DNA from: Candidatus Bathyarchaeota archaeon | GTDB taxonomy: Archaea; Thermoproteota; Bathyarchaeia; Bathyarchaeales; Bathyarchaeaceae | Direction of reading: 5' to 3' | Assembly (NCBI GenBank): GCA_963697165.1 | Contig: CAVOMX010000009.1 | Coordinates: forward strand, 1 to 64,000 | DNA length: 64,000 nucleotides | Shown here: in pieces, positions 34,422-47,912 of the stretch | How positions within the stretch are numbered: the first letter of the stretch is position 1 | Layout: every line of letters starts with the position of its first letter | Translations under genes and position numbers: made by a program | The notes under the pieces: model-generated | Databases searched by the model: none | Told to the model about the DNA's origin: nothing | What the model saw: only the letters and a program-made list of their open reading frames with translations

Positions 34422-35384
34422 TCAGCAAATATACCCCTGATCCTCCCCTGACTGCTGCTGCGAAGAGTCTACCTGACCCAACCTCTCAGCCTCCTCCGGA
34501 ACCAACAAACGATTCAAAGTCTCAACGAGCCCACTAACACAAACAGTCAAACCAGCAACCTCACGCTGCACATCCTGAATCTGCAACTCAAGACGACCCA
34601 ACCGCAAAGGCATCAACAACCGCGCCTTCGCCAAATCACGCCCAACATACTCCTCATGAGGAACCCGCTCAGGAGGACTATTATCAATCGAACCAACATC
34701 TTCAACAATCGTGGTCCCCAACTTCACCAACTCCTGAGCCTCATCACTATAAAACCGTGTAATCGGTTCATGCAAAGGAACACCAGGCTCCTCCAACGCC
34801 AAATCAAAATGACACTCCAACACACCCTTCACCCGCTCAACAATCCGTCCAGAAAGCATCAACAACTCATCAACATCAAAACCCCGCAACTTACCCGGAT
34901 GCACAATAACACTCTTGCTAGTCCGCACAACCCGCACAGCCCCAATCTTAACACCCAACTTCTCCCAATTACGCGGACGCCCCAACTTCCGCCAATCCAA
35001 ACGATCAGCGCGTCCCCAATCCAAAACCCCAAACTTAACAGCATAATCCTCCAAACAACAAACCTCCTCCGGAACACCACTCTCACTCGTAGTGAGGATC
35101 TTCGAACCGTAAGGCGTCAAAGCATACTCATTGAACACATCCTTCACAACCAACCGCAAAGCACCAGCGCCAACAAACTTGTTTTTCCAATAATTCACAG
35201 TACTTTTACTGCAAGGAACAGCCTCTGCAACATCACGAGCACAGTTCCCAGCACCCAACAGCTTCAAAATCAACTGCGCCTTCGCACTCAACCCAAGAGC
35301 AAAACATCCCAACCCCATAAGAGTTCTAAAATCGTATCGAACTGTTCGAACTGGTCGAACCGCAACTTTTCTTTCGGGAGCCAA
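34422..35384 (-). CDS. HTH-containing protein of the element, candidate replication/regulatory protein
   Basis: ARDVAEAVPCSKSTVNYW HTH; same strong G/T coding-strand skew as the virion genes; C-terminal coiled coil. Confidence 0.6.
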   Translation of the reverse strand: MAPERKVAVRPVRTVRYDFRTLMGLGCFALGLSAKAQLILKLLGAGNCARDVAEAVPCSKSTVNYWKNKFVGAGALRLVVKDVFNEYALTPYGSKILTTSESGVPEEVCCLEDYAVKFGVLDWGRADRLDWRKLGRPRNWEKLGVKIGAVRVVRTSKSVIVHPGKLRGFDVDELLMLSGRIVERVKGVLECHFDLALEEPGVPLHEPITRFYSDEAQELVKLGTTIVEDVGSIDNSPPERVPHEEYVGRDLAKARLLMPLRLGRLELQIQDVQREVAGLTVCVSGLVETLNRLLVPEEAERLGQVDSSQQQSGEDQGYIC

Positions 35385-35405
35385 ATAGAAGACACCTCTA
35401 GAAAA

Positions 35406-35528
35406 CTATTCCATTTTTTCCTCTATACACAAGGGACATTCAACAAGCCTAGCCACAATCTGATTACCAACACCCACAAAAGTCCATTTGCTGCCACAGC
35501 CTTCACAAGATATCTTCTGCTCACTCAT
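35406..35528 (-). CDS. 40-aa zinc-ribbon protein (below ORF-track cutoff)
   Basis: MSEQKISCEGCGSKWTFVGVGNQIVARLVECPLCIEEKME, two CxxC. Confidence 0.55.
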   Translation of the reverse strand: MSEQKISCEGCGSKWTFVGVGNQIVARLVECPLCIEEKME

Positions 35529-35611
35529 AATTTAGTGCTCCAAAAATTCCATTAAACAAAAAAAGAGGGGAAGGTGAAAAAGTACAAAATAGTACGTATT
35601 CGTTTCTAAAG

Positions 35612-35688
35612 TGGTGCGGTCGCCGGGATTTGAACCCGAGTACCCGGCTTGGGAAGCCGGGGTCCTGACCAGGCTAGACTACGACCGC
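35612..35688 (-). tRNA. tRNA-Gly(CCC), CCA encoded, no intron
   Basis: GCGGTCG acceptor stem, anticodon arm CCGGC-TTCCCAA-GCCGG, GTTCAAATC T-loop, ACCA end. Confidence 0.95.
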
Positions 35689-35730
35689 CTCAATTGCCTA
35701 AACATAACTGCAACTTCAATCATTTTAGCC

Positions 35731-37326
35731 TTAGCCTTTGGTGACTCTCTCCAAGGCGTCAATCACATTTTCTCTTCCCATAGCTAACACGTAGGGACCT
35801 AGTCTAGGTCCTTGCGGTGCACCTAAAAGAATCATGTAAAGAGTTTTGAAGAATTTTCCCGGCTTAATGTTGTTATTTCTGGCGATGCTAAAGATGGCGC
35901 TCTGAATCTCCTCTTCTGTCGAATCGGTATGCAAGGCTTGGATAAGCTCTTCAAAAGCAGATTTTTCTTGTTCAGTTAGTTCTACGACTTGCTCGGTGAT
36001 TTCGCTGAAGTCTTTTGACCAGTTAACGGCGTAGCCGATTCGGCGTTTCAGGTCATCTGTTAAGCCTTCATTTCCGTACCCGTAACCCTGAAGTTTCTCC
36101 AGGATAAAATCTGCTTCAGAGCTTTCTGGAGCCATCTTAGCAAGAAATGTGAGAAGATTATAAGGCACATGATCACCAGCTTTAGAAGGAGTATCAAAGA
36201 GCATGCAATATTTATAGAGTCCAACCAGTTTTGCCTTCTCCTTCTTATCTGAAACCATCTTCTTTCCAAAGTAGACATCCTCTAGCTCGTTAAGCTCATT
36301 CATGTATTGTGGGATGTCAGTTACAGAGAGGCTTCTGGTTCCAACAAACCGCTTCAAAGTAAGCAATAATAGAGATTGTGGTGAGCCATACCTAAACCAA
36401 ACCTGAGGCGTGAAAACGTTTCCAGCAGATTTGCTTATCTTCTTTCCACTTTTGTCCAGATACATCTCGTATTTGGCGTGAAACGGAGGAGCCCAATTGA
36501 ATACTTCTCTGCATATCCTGTCGTTTACCCTAACCGAGTCTGAAATGTCCTTGCCGAAGGGCTCAAATCTGATGTCAAGGGCTTTCCATCTAGCCGCAAA
36601 CTCAACCTTCCACCCAAGCTTGCCCTCGCCCTTCCGGATGTTTGCTTCACCATTGTGCCCACAGCCTTCCAGCCAGTTTCCACGCACCTCAAGCCCTTCA
36701 CAAGTATACAGAACCTTACATTCATCTGAAAGAAACGTGTGAGCCTTAGTTGTGTAGATACGACCACAGTTAGCACAGATCGGAAAATATGGAAGAACGT
36801 CAACAAACTTTTCTTGTCCAACCTCATCCTTCACGATCTCTCCAACCTTCTGAGCATTCATGAGAATCGTCTTGACCTCCTCAGTGAAGAGCCCCTGTTC
36901 GTAAGCCTTTTTGGCGGACATGAAAGTGTATTTTATTCCGCTCTGGTCTAAAGAATCCAAAAGAAGACTGGTCATATGCTCCCCGAAGCTTCCATGACAA
37001 CCATAAAGGTCAGGAATCGACGTCACAGGATAACCCAAATATTTACTAAGCGACTCCGGAAGTCCAGCCGGAACCTTCCTCAAACCATCCAAGTCATCAG
37101 CAAAAGCAGTATACTCCGACTTGAAGCCCTGCTCTTGAAGAGCCAACGCCACAGCGTAAGACCGAGCACAATCCGCGAAACTGCCGATGTGTGGAAAACC
37201 AGAGGCTCCAAGACCACTCTCTGTCCTGATCAGGTCGAGGCTTCGACCTAGTTTTCGTTCCCGTTCTATGATTTTAGATGCGGTTTTGTCGTACCATGTT
37301 CCGTGTCCAATGATCTTTTCAGGCAT
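35731..37326 (-). CDS. lysS: Class I lysyl-tRNA synthetase
   Basis: ASGFPHIGS (HIGH-like), KISKSAGN (KMSKS-like), GKLGWKVEFAARW, GPRLG. Confidence 0.95.
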   Translation of the reverse strand: MPEKIIGHGTWYDKTASKIIERERKLGRSLDLIRTESGLGASGFPHIGSFADCARSYAVALALQEQGFKSEYTAFADDLDGLRKVPAGLPESLSKYLGYPVTSIPDLYGCHGSFGEHMTSLLLDSLDQSGIKYTFMSAKKAYEQGLFTEEVKTILMNAQKVGEIVKDEVGQEKFVDVLPYFPICANCGRIYTTKAHTFLSDECKVLYTCEGLEVRGNWLEGCGHNGEANIRKGEGKLGWKVEFAARWKALDIRFEPFGKDISDSVRVNDRICREVFNWAPPFHAKYEMYLDKSGKKISKSAGNVFTPQVWFRYGSPQSLLLLTLKRFVGTRSLSVTDIPQYMNELNELEDVYFGKKMVSDKKEKAKLVGLYKYCMLFDTPSKAGDHVPYNLLTFLAKMAPESSEADFILEKLQGYGYGNEGLTDDLKRRIGYAVNWSKDFSEITEQVVELTEQEKSAFEELIQALHTDSTEEEIQSAIFSIARNNNIKPGKFFKTLYMILLGAPQGPRLGPYVLAMGRENVIDALERVTKG

Positions 37327-37647
37327 GACTCAGGTTTCCTTTAATTATCTAAACAGTAATTGATTGTCAGATAAAAACATAAAGCGGTTTCGCATTCTGC
37401 TTTCTTGAAACAAGTGTTTCAAAAAGTGGAATGCAATTCAAAGACGATATCAAAGACTTTAGAGAAATTGGTCGAACTATACAAGAAATGGACAATGCCC
37501 AAAGACAAGAGATTGGACAATACAGAGTGCAAGATGGAAAAGGTGATACAGACGGTAATGGCGGCCACGGACAAGAAAACAACGGCAGCGGCAATGGATA
37601 AGGCAATGGAAACGGAAACAAATAGAAAAACTATCTCACCTTTTCTC

Positions 37648-38820
37648 TTATTTTTTAAGTTCCAGCCTATTTTCAAGCCCAATCTTTTTTATTGACACTA
37701 TATCCAATTTCTCCAACCGTTTAACCAACCTCCAAAGGCTGGTTCGCGGTATGTCAGGAAACTTTTCTCGTATCTCAGCCTCGAAAGCCTTTCCTTCATT
37801 CTCAACTAAGAACTGGATTACATCTTTTTCTTCTTGATTCAACTGAGGATTCATCTTGACTATTTTCTCGGTATTGGGTATTCTTTTTCTAAAAATAAGA
37901 AACAACACAAGAAGTATTACAGCCATAACAACTGCGACAGCAACCAAATATTCAATCGGAATTGAATCTGAGTGTGACCCGTTTGAAGGCGTCTCGCTAA
38001 CTGTGAACTGCCCTAATAGATCAGCTATTTCAATATTGTACATTCCCAGTGTCTGCTTTGTGACCTTGAATTCTGCGATGATTGACTCTTCTTTGTCAAG
38101 CGTCACTGTTCTGGTGTCCTCTACTGTTTGGTTAACTGTAAGGGGAAGAGTGTACGATCCAGCTTGTCCGCCCACGTTAGTGATTCTAACTGATACGGTG
38201 ACCTCTTCGCCTGCTTTGACCTCAGTTGGAGTGACCACTAGGTTGCCGATTTGGAATTCTGCGGATGGGTTAAAAGGAAAGATGTAACTTATCTCCCATT
38301 GGTTCGCAAACAAAGACAATGCTATTTTGCTGTCTTCTGTATCTATCGAGGCTGGCATTTCATTCAGGTAAACTATTGTTGATTCTTCAGGCAAAACAAC
38401 AGTCATATTATATGGAGCATCAACAATGAAAGTCCACACTTCAGCATTCTTCAGAGTCAAAGAATGCGTATCATACTGAACGGAAACACTCGTAGTTCCC
38501 AAAGTGAAAACAGTCAGATTAAACAGGTTTATTTCATAGTCCAAAACAGTCTGGTTCTCATCAAGCACAATAAAATTGTCAACTAAAGAGCCCAATAGAG
38601 GAAAAGTTACCACAGGAAGCGTCTCATTCACAGTCAACGTTTGTGTGACGCGAACCAGTCCGTCCCGATATATCTGGAGTTCTGTGGAATCAACCTGAAA
38701 CTCTGTCACGTTAGCTGAAGCTACATCGACAGTCAATAATAGGATAAACAGTAAGCAACCAACGATAACAGTTCGCCCAGCACCTAACTTCATAAGATGA
38801 ATCAAATTAAGAAGATGCAA
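37648..38820 (-). CDS. Membrane-anchored protein with CARDB/Ig-like ectodomain and C-terminal HTH
   Basis: Signal peptide, VRITNVGGQAG, TM helix, PRTSLWRLVKRLE. Confidence 0.75.
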   Translation of the reverse strand: MHLLNLIHLMKLGAGRTVIVGCLLFILLLTVDVASANVTEFQVDSTELQIYRDGLVRVTQTLTVNETLPVVTFPLLGSLVDNFIVLDENQTVLDYEINLFNLTVFTLGTTSVSVQYDTHSLTLKNAEVWTFIVDAPYNMTVVLPEESTIVYLNEMPASIDTEDSKIALSLFANQWEISYIFPFNPSAEFQIGNLVVTPTEVKAGEEVTVSVRITNVGGQAGSYTLPLTVNQTVEDTRTVTLDKEESIIAEFKVTKQTLGMYNIEIADLLGQFTVSETPSNGSHSDSIPIEYLVAVAVVMAVILLVLFLIFRKRIPNTEKIVKMNPQLNQEEKDVIQFLVENEGKAFEAEIREKFPDIPRTSLWRLVKRLEKLDIVSIKKIGLENRLELKK

Positions 38821-38910
38821 ACTAGTCTAATAAAAATTCTGAATCCCGCGTACATCAGGAATCTTATTAATATTAACCAATAATTATGATAGTAAGGTTA
38901 GTGGTTTAAG

Positions 38911-39399
38911 ATGGGGGACAATGACATCTGGCATTATATTCTTCCGTTTCCCTTTGAAAACGAAAAACGTAGGCTAATCTGGAGCGTCCTCCAGTCTAAA
39001 GTAGGTAAAACTCTTTTAATGAACATGAAGCTGGATGGACGAACCTACCAAAGAGACCTAATCAAAGGAACATCCTACTCAAACAAATCCATAATTGAAT
39101 ACTTGAAGCGGATGGTCTCAGCAGACATTCTTGAACAAGGAATGGAACAGGTCACAACAGGAAAAAGAAAAGTAAGAATCAAATGGTATGTTCCCACAAA
39201 ACTTGGAAGATGGTTTATTCTCTTCCTTAAACCCACCGAAGAAATCCCCCCTGACTTGGTACGAAAAACAATCGAAGAAATCTTTCAAGTCTACGCTTCT
39301 AGCATCGTTGAAGTTTGCGAAAACTTTGGAATAGACATCGACTTATTCCGCAAAATCCTAAACAAAGAATACAGCAACAAAACAATAACAGAAACATAA
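38911..39399 (+). CDS. Winged-helix transcriptional regulator
   Basis: YQRDLI..YSNKSIIEYLKRMV..WYVPT.LG. Confidence 0.65.
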   Translation: MGDNDIWHYILPFPFENEKRRLIWSVLQSKVGKTLLMNMKLDGRTYQRDLIKGTSYSNKSIIEYLKRMVSADILEQGMEQVTTGKRKVRIKWYVPTKLGRWFILFLKPTEEIPPDLVRKTIEEIFQVYASSIVEVCENFGIDIDLFRKILNKEYSNKTITET

Positions 39400-39414
39400 A
39401 AATGGTAAAGGGTT

Positions 39415-40488
39415 TTACTGCAACTTACTGCCGCAGCTACCACAGAACTTGTTAGTAGACAAATTCTCGGTCTTACACTTTGGGCACTCGACTTTCTCTG
39501 GCTTCATTGGAGAACCACAGTTACCACAGAACTTCATTCCTGCAGGCATCTCTGCTCCACACTTTGGACAATTAACCTTAGCCACAGGACCCAAACTTGT
39601 TCCACAGTTGCCACAGAATTTGGTTCCAGCAACGTTCTGAACACCACACTTCGGACACAATACCACCTGCTGCGGAGCACCTGCGCCTTGAGATGGTTGC
39701 ATAGCTTTTCCCAACGCAGTTCCCATTGCGATTCCAACGCCTGCTCCCACACCCGCTGCAGCGGCTCCACCGCCTCCCTCTGGAATTTCCGCGGTTGTTT
39801 CTTTCATATACTGCAGAGTCATGGCTTGCTGTCCCATGCTAGTGGCAAAGCGTCTTGCTTCCTCAGGGATTTTAACTCCTTCAAAGACTGCATCAATGAT
39901 TTTGAGACCTATCCTAGCAGCCTCGCCCGTTATTATCAATGCAACCTTGTCCGTGGTCTCGTCCACGTTCTTGACTACATTAAAGATGTCGTGATGAGCA
40001 AACTCGTCTATAACCCGCTCATTGATGAATCCGCGAATGTAGCTTTCAACGTCACCTGATGTACTTGCTCCCCGGTTGCCGAAAAACTCGACCACAAACA
40101 GCTTCGGATCCTCCACTTTGTAGAGAAGATAGCCATAGTAGCCGAGCTCCGCCTGATACTGTATATTCCCGCTGGGCGCAGAGTAGGCTTGCCCACCAAA
40201 TTTTCCCTTAAACTGGCTATTGCTAACAAAAACGACTTCACACTCAAAGATGTCGCCGATTATCCGCAGAGCCTTTAGAGCTCCAGTTAGAAGCGGAATA
40301 TTGTTGCTGGTGATGGTGTGTCTGCCAGGACCAAAAACGTCGTATGCTTTGCCGTCACGGAAGAAGACAGCCCACTGGTTCTCCTTGACAATAACTTGGC
40401 TTCCATACTTCAAGGAAAGGTTAGGAAACCTGTAAGCCATATCATCAGAACCAGCAAAATCCCATGAAACTTTCTCTATTATCGGCAT
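39415..40488 (-). CDS. SPFH (band 7)-like protein with C-terminal double zinc ribbons
   Basis: GSQVIVKENQWAVF..GPGRHT; repeated CPKCG..KFCGNCG. Confidence 0.85.
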   Translation of the reverse strand: MPIIEKVSWDFAGSDDMAYRFPNLSLKYGSQVIVKENQWAVFFRDGKAYDVFGPGRHTITSNNIPLLTGALKALRIIGDIFECEVVFVSNSQFKGKFGGQAYSAPSGNIQYQAELGYYGYLLYKVEDPKLFVVEFFGNRGASTSGDVESYIRGFINERVIDEFAHHDIFNVVKNVDETTDKVALIITGEAARIGLKIIDAVFEGVKIPEEARRFATSMGQQAMTLQYMKETTAEIPEGGGGAAAAGVGAGVGIAMGTALGKAMQPSQGAGAPQQVVLCPKCGVQNVAGTKFCGNCGTSLGPVAKVNCPKCGAEMPAGMKFCGNCGSPMKPEKVECPKCKTENLSTNKFCGSCGSKLQ

Positions 40489-40501
40489 TTCATATCACAT
40501 C

Positions 40502-41059
40502 CTACATTTCTAAAGGTCTAAACTGCGTTTCTCGTTCATTCCATTTATCCTCGAAAGCAAGTAATAAACTCTTAACATTCTTAACTTCAGTGAATACAGC
40601 CGTCCAGTTCTCCGCTTCAACCTCATGCTTAGCCTTGCTCACAGCCTCATTCAAGCCGTCAAGATCACTGATAAATGCACGATCAAAATCGAAAACTCGA
40701 GCCAACTCCTCTTCGCGTATGTGCCCTTTTCGGTCCCAGAGACCAGCATATCCATAGTCGGCGTGCCGAACTTTTTCTGTGATACGGTCTAAAACTTGGA
40801 TAACCTGTTTGTAGTCTCGGCTCTGGGCAACACCTGCGTCTATAGCCGCCAAATACAGGTTCTCCCAAACGTGCCGCATGTCTCGGAGGTCAACGTAATA
40901 GAGGTCTCTGAGCTTTCGGTCTAATTCTCTCAAGTCTTCTTTTGTTCCATACCCTAAAGTGAAGAAGTTCTGAATCTTGGAAAAAATGCCCTGCTTCTCT
41001 TTTACCTTCTCGATTGTTTCCCGCTCAGACAAACAACAAACCCCAATTTTAACTACCAA
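40502..41059 (-). CDS. Conserved helical hypothetical protein, operon partner of the SPFH gene
   Basis: GYGTKEDLRELD, HADYGYAG motifs. Confidence 0.7.
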   Translation of the reverse strand: MVVKIGVCCLSERETIEKVKEKQGIFSKIQNFFTLGYGTKEDLRELDRKLRDLYYVDLRDMRHVWENLYLAAIDAGVAQSRDYKQVIQVLDRITEKVRHADYGYAGLWDRKGHIREEELARVFDFDRAFISDLDGLNEAVSKAKHEVEAENWTAVFTEVKNVKSLLLAFEDKWNERETQFRPLEM

Positions 41060-41169
41060 TCAATCTAATATAACTTATTGCCTTTGTTGAAGAGGAAAAC
41101 TTTTTTGTTGAGAAAGGTTTACGTGTGACAACGTTTCGTGAAATAATAAAATAGCAATGTAAACTTGAG

Positions 41170-42301
41170 GTGTCTTGGCTGTTCTTTCATTTGCTCTTAA
41201 CCACCAACTGCGACTTACAATGCAGATACTGCTACAAAAAATCATGTGAAGACATGGACGCCGACTTTGGGGACTTCACTATAGATTATGAAGTCCCAGA
41301 CGAAATCAATTATGACAACAAATTTTTAGAAAAGTTTATGGAAAAAGATCCTGAACCTGTCCTGATCTTTTATGGCGGCGAACCAATGCTCTGCAACGAC
41401 AAAATAAAACAGATCATGGACAATGTAAATGCTAAACAATTTAACATCCAAACCAACGGCTTACACCTAAAAAAGCTTCGAGAAGAAATACGTGAACAGG
41501 CTAACCACAATCTTTGTCTCCATAGATGGCACAGAAAAACTGACAGACTATTACAGAGGAAAAGGCGTCTACAAAAAAGTAATAGAGAACATTAAGACAG
41601 TCAGAAACAACGGATTTGAGGGTGAGATAATAGCCAGAATGACTCTCATGGAAGAAACAGACATCTACGAAAACATCAAATGGCTCCTAAACAACCCCGA
41701 CCACTCATTCAATTCAATTCATTGGCAACTTGACGCTGGATTCTGGAAAAACGACTTCCAAAAAAGACCAATCACAAAATGGATTGAAAACAACTACAAT
41801 CCAAAGATAAGAAAGCTTGTAGAGTTTTGGGTCGACTACATGGAAAAGGAAGGCAAAGTTTTGAGGCTTTATCCCCTTCTGGGCGTAATGCAATCGCTTC
41901 TTACCGAAGAAAAAAACCACCTAAGATGCGGTTCAGGATGGAGTAACTACAGCATACAAACTGATGGACATATAATACCGTGTCCCGCAATGAGCGGAAT
42001 GAAAGACTACTATCTAGGGCACATCAAAGACTCACATCCACTGACACCTAAAACAAGTCTATGTTGGACAGCCCTGCACCGACTGCGAAATCTTGCAAGA
42101 ATGTGGAGGAAGATGCCTGTACGCAAACATAACAAAACGATGGAGCAACGAAGCATACGATTTAGTGTGCAAAACAGTCAAGAACCTTGTTGAATCATTA
42201 AAGGAGTCTTTACCCCAAGTCAAAGATTAATTGATAAAGAAAGGATTAGTCTCTCAGATTTTGACCACCTAAAATACAACAGCTGCGAAATAATCCCCTA
42301 A
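41170..42301 (+). CDS. Radical SAM/SPASM protein (TIGR04084-like), frameshifted
   Basis: CDLQCRYC, FYGGEP, CGSG, CP and C-terminal CxxC..CGGRC. Confidence 0.85.
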
Positions 42302-42376
42302 AATCACAGGCATTCAGATAATGAAAAACTTTAACCGTCAAAACCCTTAAATCTAAAACACAGAGGCAAATAAAAA

Positions 42377-43323
42377 ATGAGTACAACAACCAATTGCATA
42401 TTCACGTTCCCCAGCGCCTTTCGTGTTCTTCATAATAATCTCTCTAGTATTTCTGGTCTTAGCCATTCTAAATTACCCCGATCCAATCGCAATATTATAT
42501 GGTCTCTTAGCCGCAATCTCCCTGTTCCCTATACCCGCAACATTGGCAATAAACAAAGAATGGGAAGAAGCAATAATACTGCGATTCGGCAAGTTCCAGC
42601 GGCTAGTTGGTCCAGGATTCTTCTTCAAATGGCCATACGCAGAAACCTTTCTGAAACAAGACAAAAGAATAATCAACTTGGACATTTCACGACAAGAAGT
42701 CATGACCAAAGACAACATCAGCGTAACAGTCGACGCCGTAGTCTTCGTTAAAATCGTTAACACAAAAAACAGCCTAGTTAACATCCGAGACGTCTGGGAC
42801 AGCGTAATGAAGATATGCACAAACAACAATGCGAGACGTAGTAGGAGACGTAGAACTAGACGAACTACTGGCACGCAGAGACGAAATCGCAGACAAAATT
42901 GCCAACATAGTAGACCGAGAAACAGCAGATTGGGGCGTAGACATCATCTCAGTGAAACTGCAAACCGTAGAATTACCAGAAGACATGAAACGGGTAATCG
43001 CCAGACAAGCTGAAGCAGAACGAGAGAAACGAGCAGTAATAATCAAGAGTGAAGGAGAGTTAACGGCAGCCGAAAACTTGGAGAGAGCAGTGAACAAGAT
43101 GAGCAACAGGGCAATGTATCTGCGAACGTTGTCAAGTTTAGAGGACATCAGCTTTGACCAGAGCAATACAATCGTTTTTGCTGTGCCCATGGACATTGTC
43201 AAAGGAGAAGTCATAGGACTAACCGCTTTTGCTGAAGCAAACAAGACAGTCAAGACTACACAAAAAGCAAAAACAAAGAAAAATAAAAAGAAAAAAGGGA
43301 ATGTTGAGGTCAACGAACTTTGA
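42377..43323 (+). CDS. Stomatin/SPFH domain protein, frameshifted
   Basis: QEVMTKDNISVTVDAVV, LDELLARR, ARQAEAEREKRA. Confidence 0.85.
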
Positions 43324-43324
43324 C

Positions 43325-43681
43325 CTAAATAAGCGCTAGACCGATACCGATTCCAATGAGCCCAAGTATGAAAGCAATTACCACAAGAATAATTACCGCT
43401 AACACAGCGATAACAAAAGCCTTTATCCAATCAGTATCGAAGAAGTGCTTCACTAGACCAATCCAAAGTACAAACTGAATAATCAACGCAACAATACCAA
43501 TGATTTCAAAGTAGCTAAAGATTCCACCAATCAGGGTTCCAAGAATAACTATCCAAATTGCATCAACAAACTTTGCCTTCTCTTTTCCTACAAGTGCTCT
43601 TCCTGCAAGCCAAAAAGCGGGCGCCAAAACAATAATCTTTACAACAAGCTCAATAAGCAACGCATCAAGATTAACCGCCAC
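43325..43681 (-). CDS. Small 4-TM membrane protein
   Basis: Hydrophobic; KHFFDTDWIKA motif. Confidence 0.7.
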   Translation of the reverse strand: MAVNLDALLIELVVKIIVLAPAFWLAGRALVGKEKAKFVDAIWIVILGTLIGGIFSYFEIIGIVALIIQFVLWIGLVKHFFDTDWIKAFVIAVLAVIILVVIAFILGLIGIGIGLALI

Positions 43682-43794
43682 ACATATCCCTCCTTCAAAT
43701 TAAACCATAAACAACAGGTTTAACACAATTTCTTATTATCTTTTGCTCATACAGAATAACGTCTAACACAAAAATTAGCTCAAAACTATCTTTT

Positions 43795-43858
43795 TCGCAA
43801 CAATAACCGAACATAGGCCAAATTATACGCGTTTTTCCGAAATTGCTCAGACATTGAA
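43795..43858 (-). other. 3' arm of 23S processing stem with bulge-helix-bulge; pairs with 46950-47016
   Basis: 5' arm TCCGA-TGCT-AAA-CAGACATTG pairs with 3' arm CAATGTCTG-AGCA-ATT-TCGGA, a 3-4-3 BHB. Confidence 0.9.
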
Positions 43859-43868
43859 AAACTTTTTC

Positions 43869-46934
<3,066 letters not shown>

Positions 46935-47217
46935 TACTCGGTTACACTCCAATGTCTGTTTAGCATCGGAAAACACACGTATTTACCTATTTGGCCTATG
47001 TTCGGTTATCATTGCGAGCAGATAAAAGCTCACTCCACCCTTTGCTCCTAACCATGGTCAGGAGCTGCACGTTATTTTGTGGAGATCTATTCGATCATTT
47101 TTTGATCGCCAACTACCTAGAACCACAGTCGGAAAATATAAGCATTGCTGTAATGGGGTGTTTGGTTTAAAAAGAATCAAAATTTTTATCTCCATGACCA
47201 TGTAATATTGTTTTTAA

Positions 47218-47528
47218 GGGTTGGTGAGCTGGCGGACGGCTTCGGGTGTCATTGACATCTGAGGAAACTCCGCCCACCACGCTGAACTGTAGCGCTTGTA
47301 AGGGCGCGGGGTGAGAGCCTTGGTTCCTGAGCAGAAACGGAACGTCCAATCGTGGGATGAGGATGATGCGTGTTAAGTCGCTGAGGATGCGGTTGGATGC
47401 GGTGAAACGGCTGTCCTGCAGGGTGAAAGGGCGAATAGGCGTCTGTGATTTCTGCGGGAGACGCGGGTAGCCCGTTTAGCTGAATGCCGTCATGAACAAA
47501 AGGCGGGTTACGTCCAGCACACCAACCC
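47218..47528 (+). ncRNA. rnpB: Archaeal RNase P RNA
   Basis: GAGGAAACTCC and ACAAAAGGCGGGTTA P4 strands; P1 GGGTTGGTG/CACCAACCC; TATA-like TTTTAT ~28 bp upstream. Confidence 0.92.
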
Positions 47529-47759
47529 AGAGGAATTGTAAAAGCTATTTGTCCAAAAGAAGGAACTCCAACAAGCAATTATCAACTAATGGATTTAGCT
47601 GAGAGTTTTTCATTCAGCTTTCAAGGATTCTCCTGTTTAATCATGATTTTCCGATTCAACGTCGACCATATGAACTTATAAGCAACTTCGTGGTTGGCAA
47701 TTTCTGAATTAGTGTTTTGGAGAAACTAGTTCTTTCAGAGAATTGGAGGTGCGAAATGA

Positions 47760-47912
47760 ATGTCTTATGGTGGACCAAGAGAGATGCACGATGCAGTCTG
47801 TGCTGAATGCGGACAAAAATGTCAAGTTCCGTTCAAACCAGATTCAAGCAGACCCATCTATTGCCGCGAATGTTACGCTAAACGAAGACCCCCGAGAAGA
47901 GATAGATATTAA
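47760..47912 (+). CDS. CxxC-x17-CxxC domain protein, 50 aa (below ORF-track cutoff)
   Basis: MSYGGPREMHDAVCAECGQKCQVPFKPDSSRPIYCRECYAKRRPPRRDRY; GGAGGTG RBS upstream. Confidence 0.9.
   Translation: MSYGGPREMHDAVCAECGQKCQVPFKPDSSRPIYCRECYAKRRPPRRDRY

Larger units (their letters stand above)
2103..35635. mobile_element. Integrated head-tail (Caudoviricetes-like) provirus or GTA-like element at tRNA-Gly, ~33.5 kb
   Basis: Virion morphogenesis genes at about 3.7-21.1 kb; bounded by tRNA-Gly 3' end (35611-35635) and a 22/25-identical direct repeat at 2103-2127; host genes mntP and lysS lie outside. Confidence 0.8.

Noticed and set aside
34656..35555. 299-aa plus-strand ORF and similar antisense ORFs across the viral operon
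   Set aside because: By-product of the A/C-rich skew antisense to real minus-strand genes; Q/N/T/P/H-rich with no motifs.
37405..37695. Overlapping short ORFs between lysS and the CARDB/HTH gene
   Set aside because: The best frame reads as a Gly/Asn-rich gene tail with an internal stop and no start; likely a remnant, and no product can be supported.
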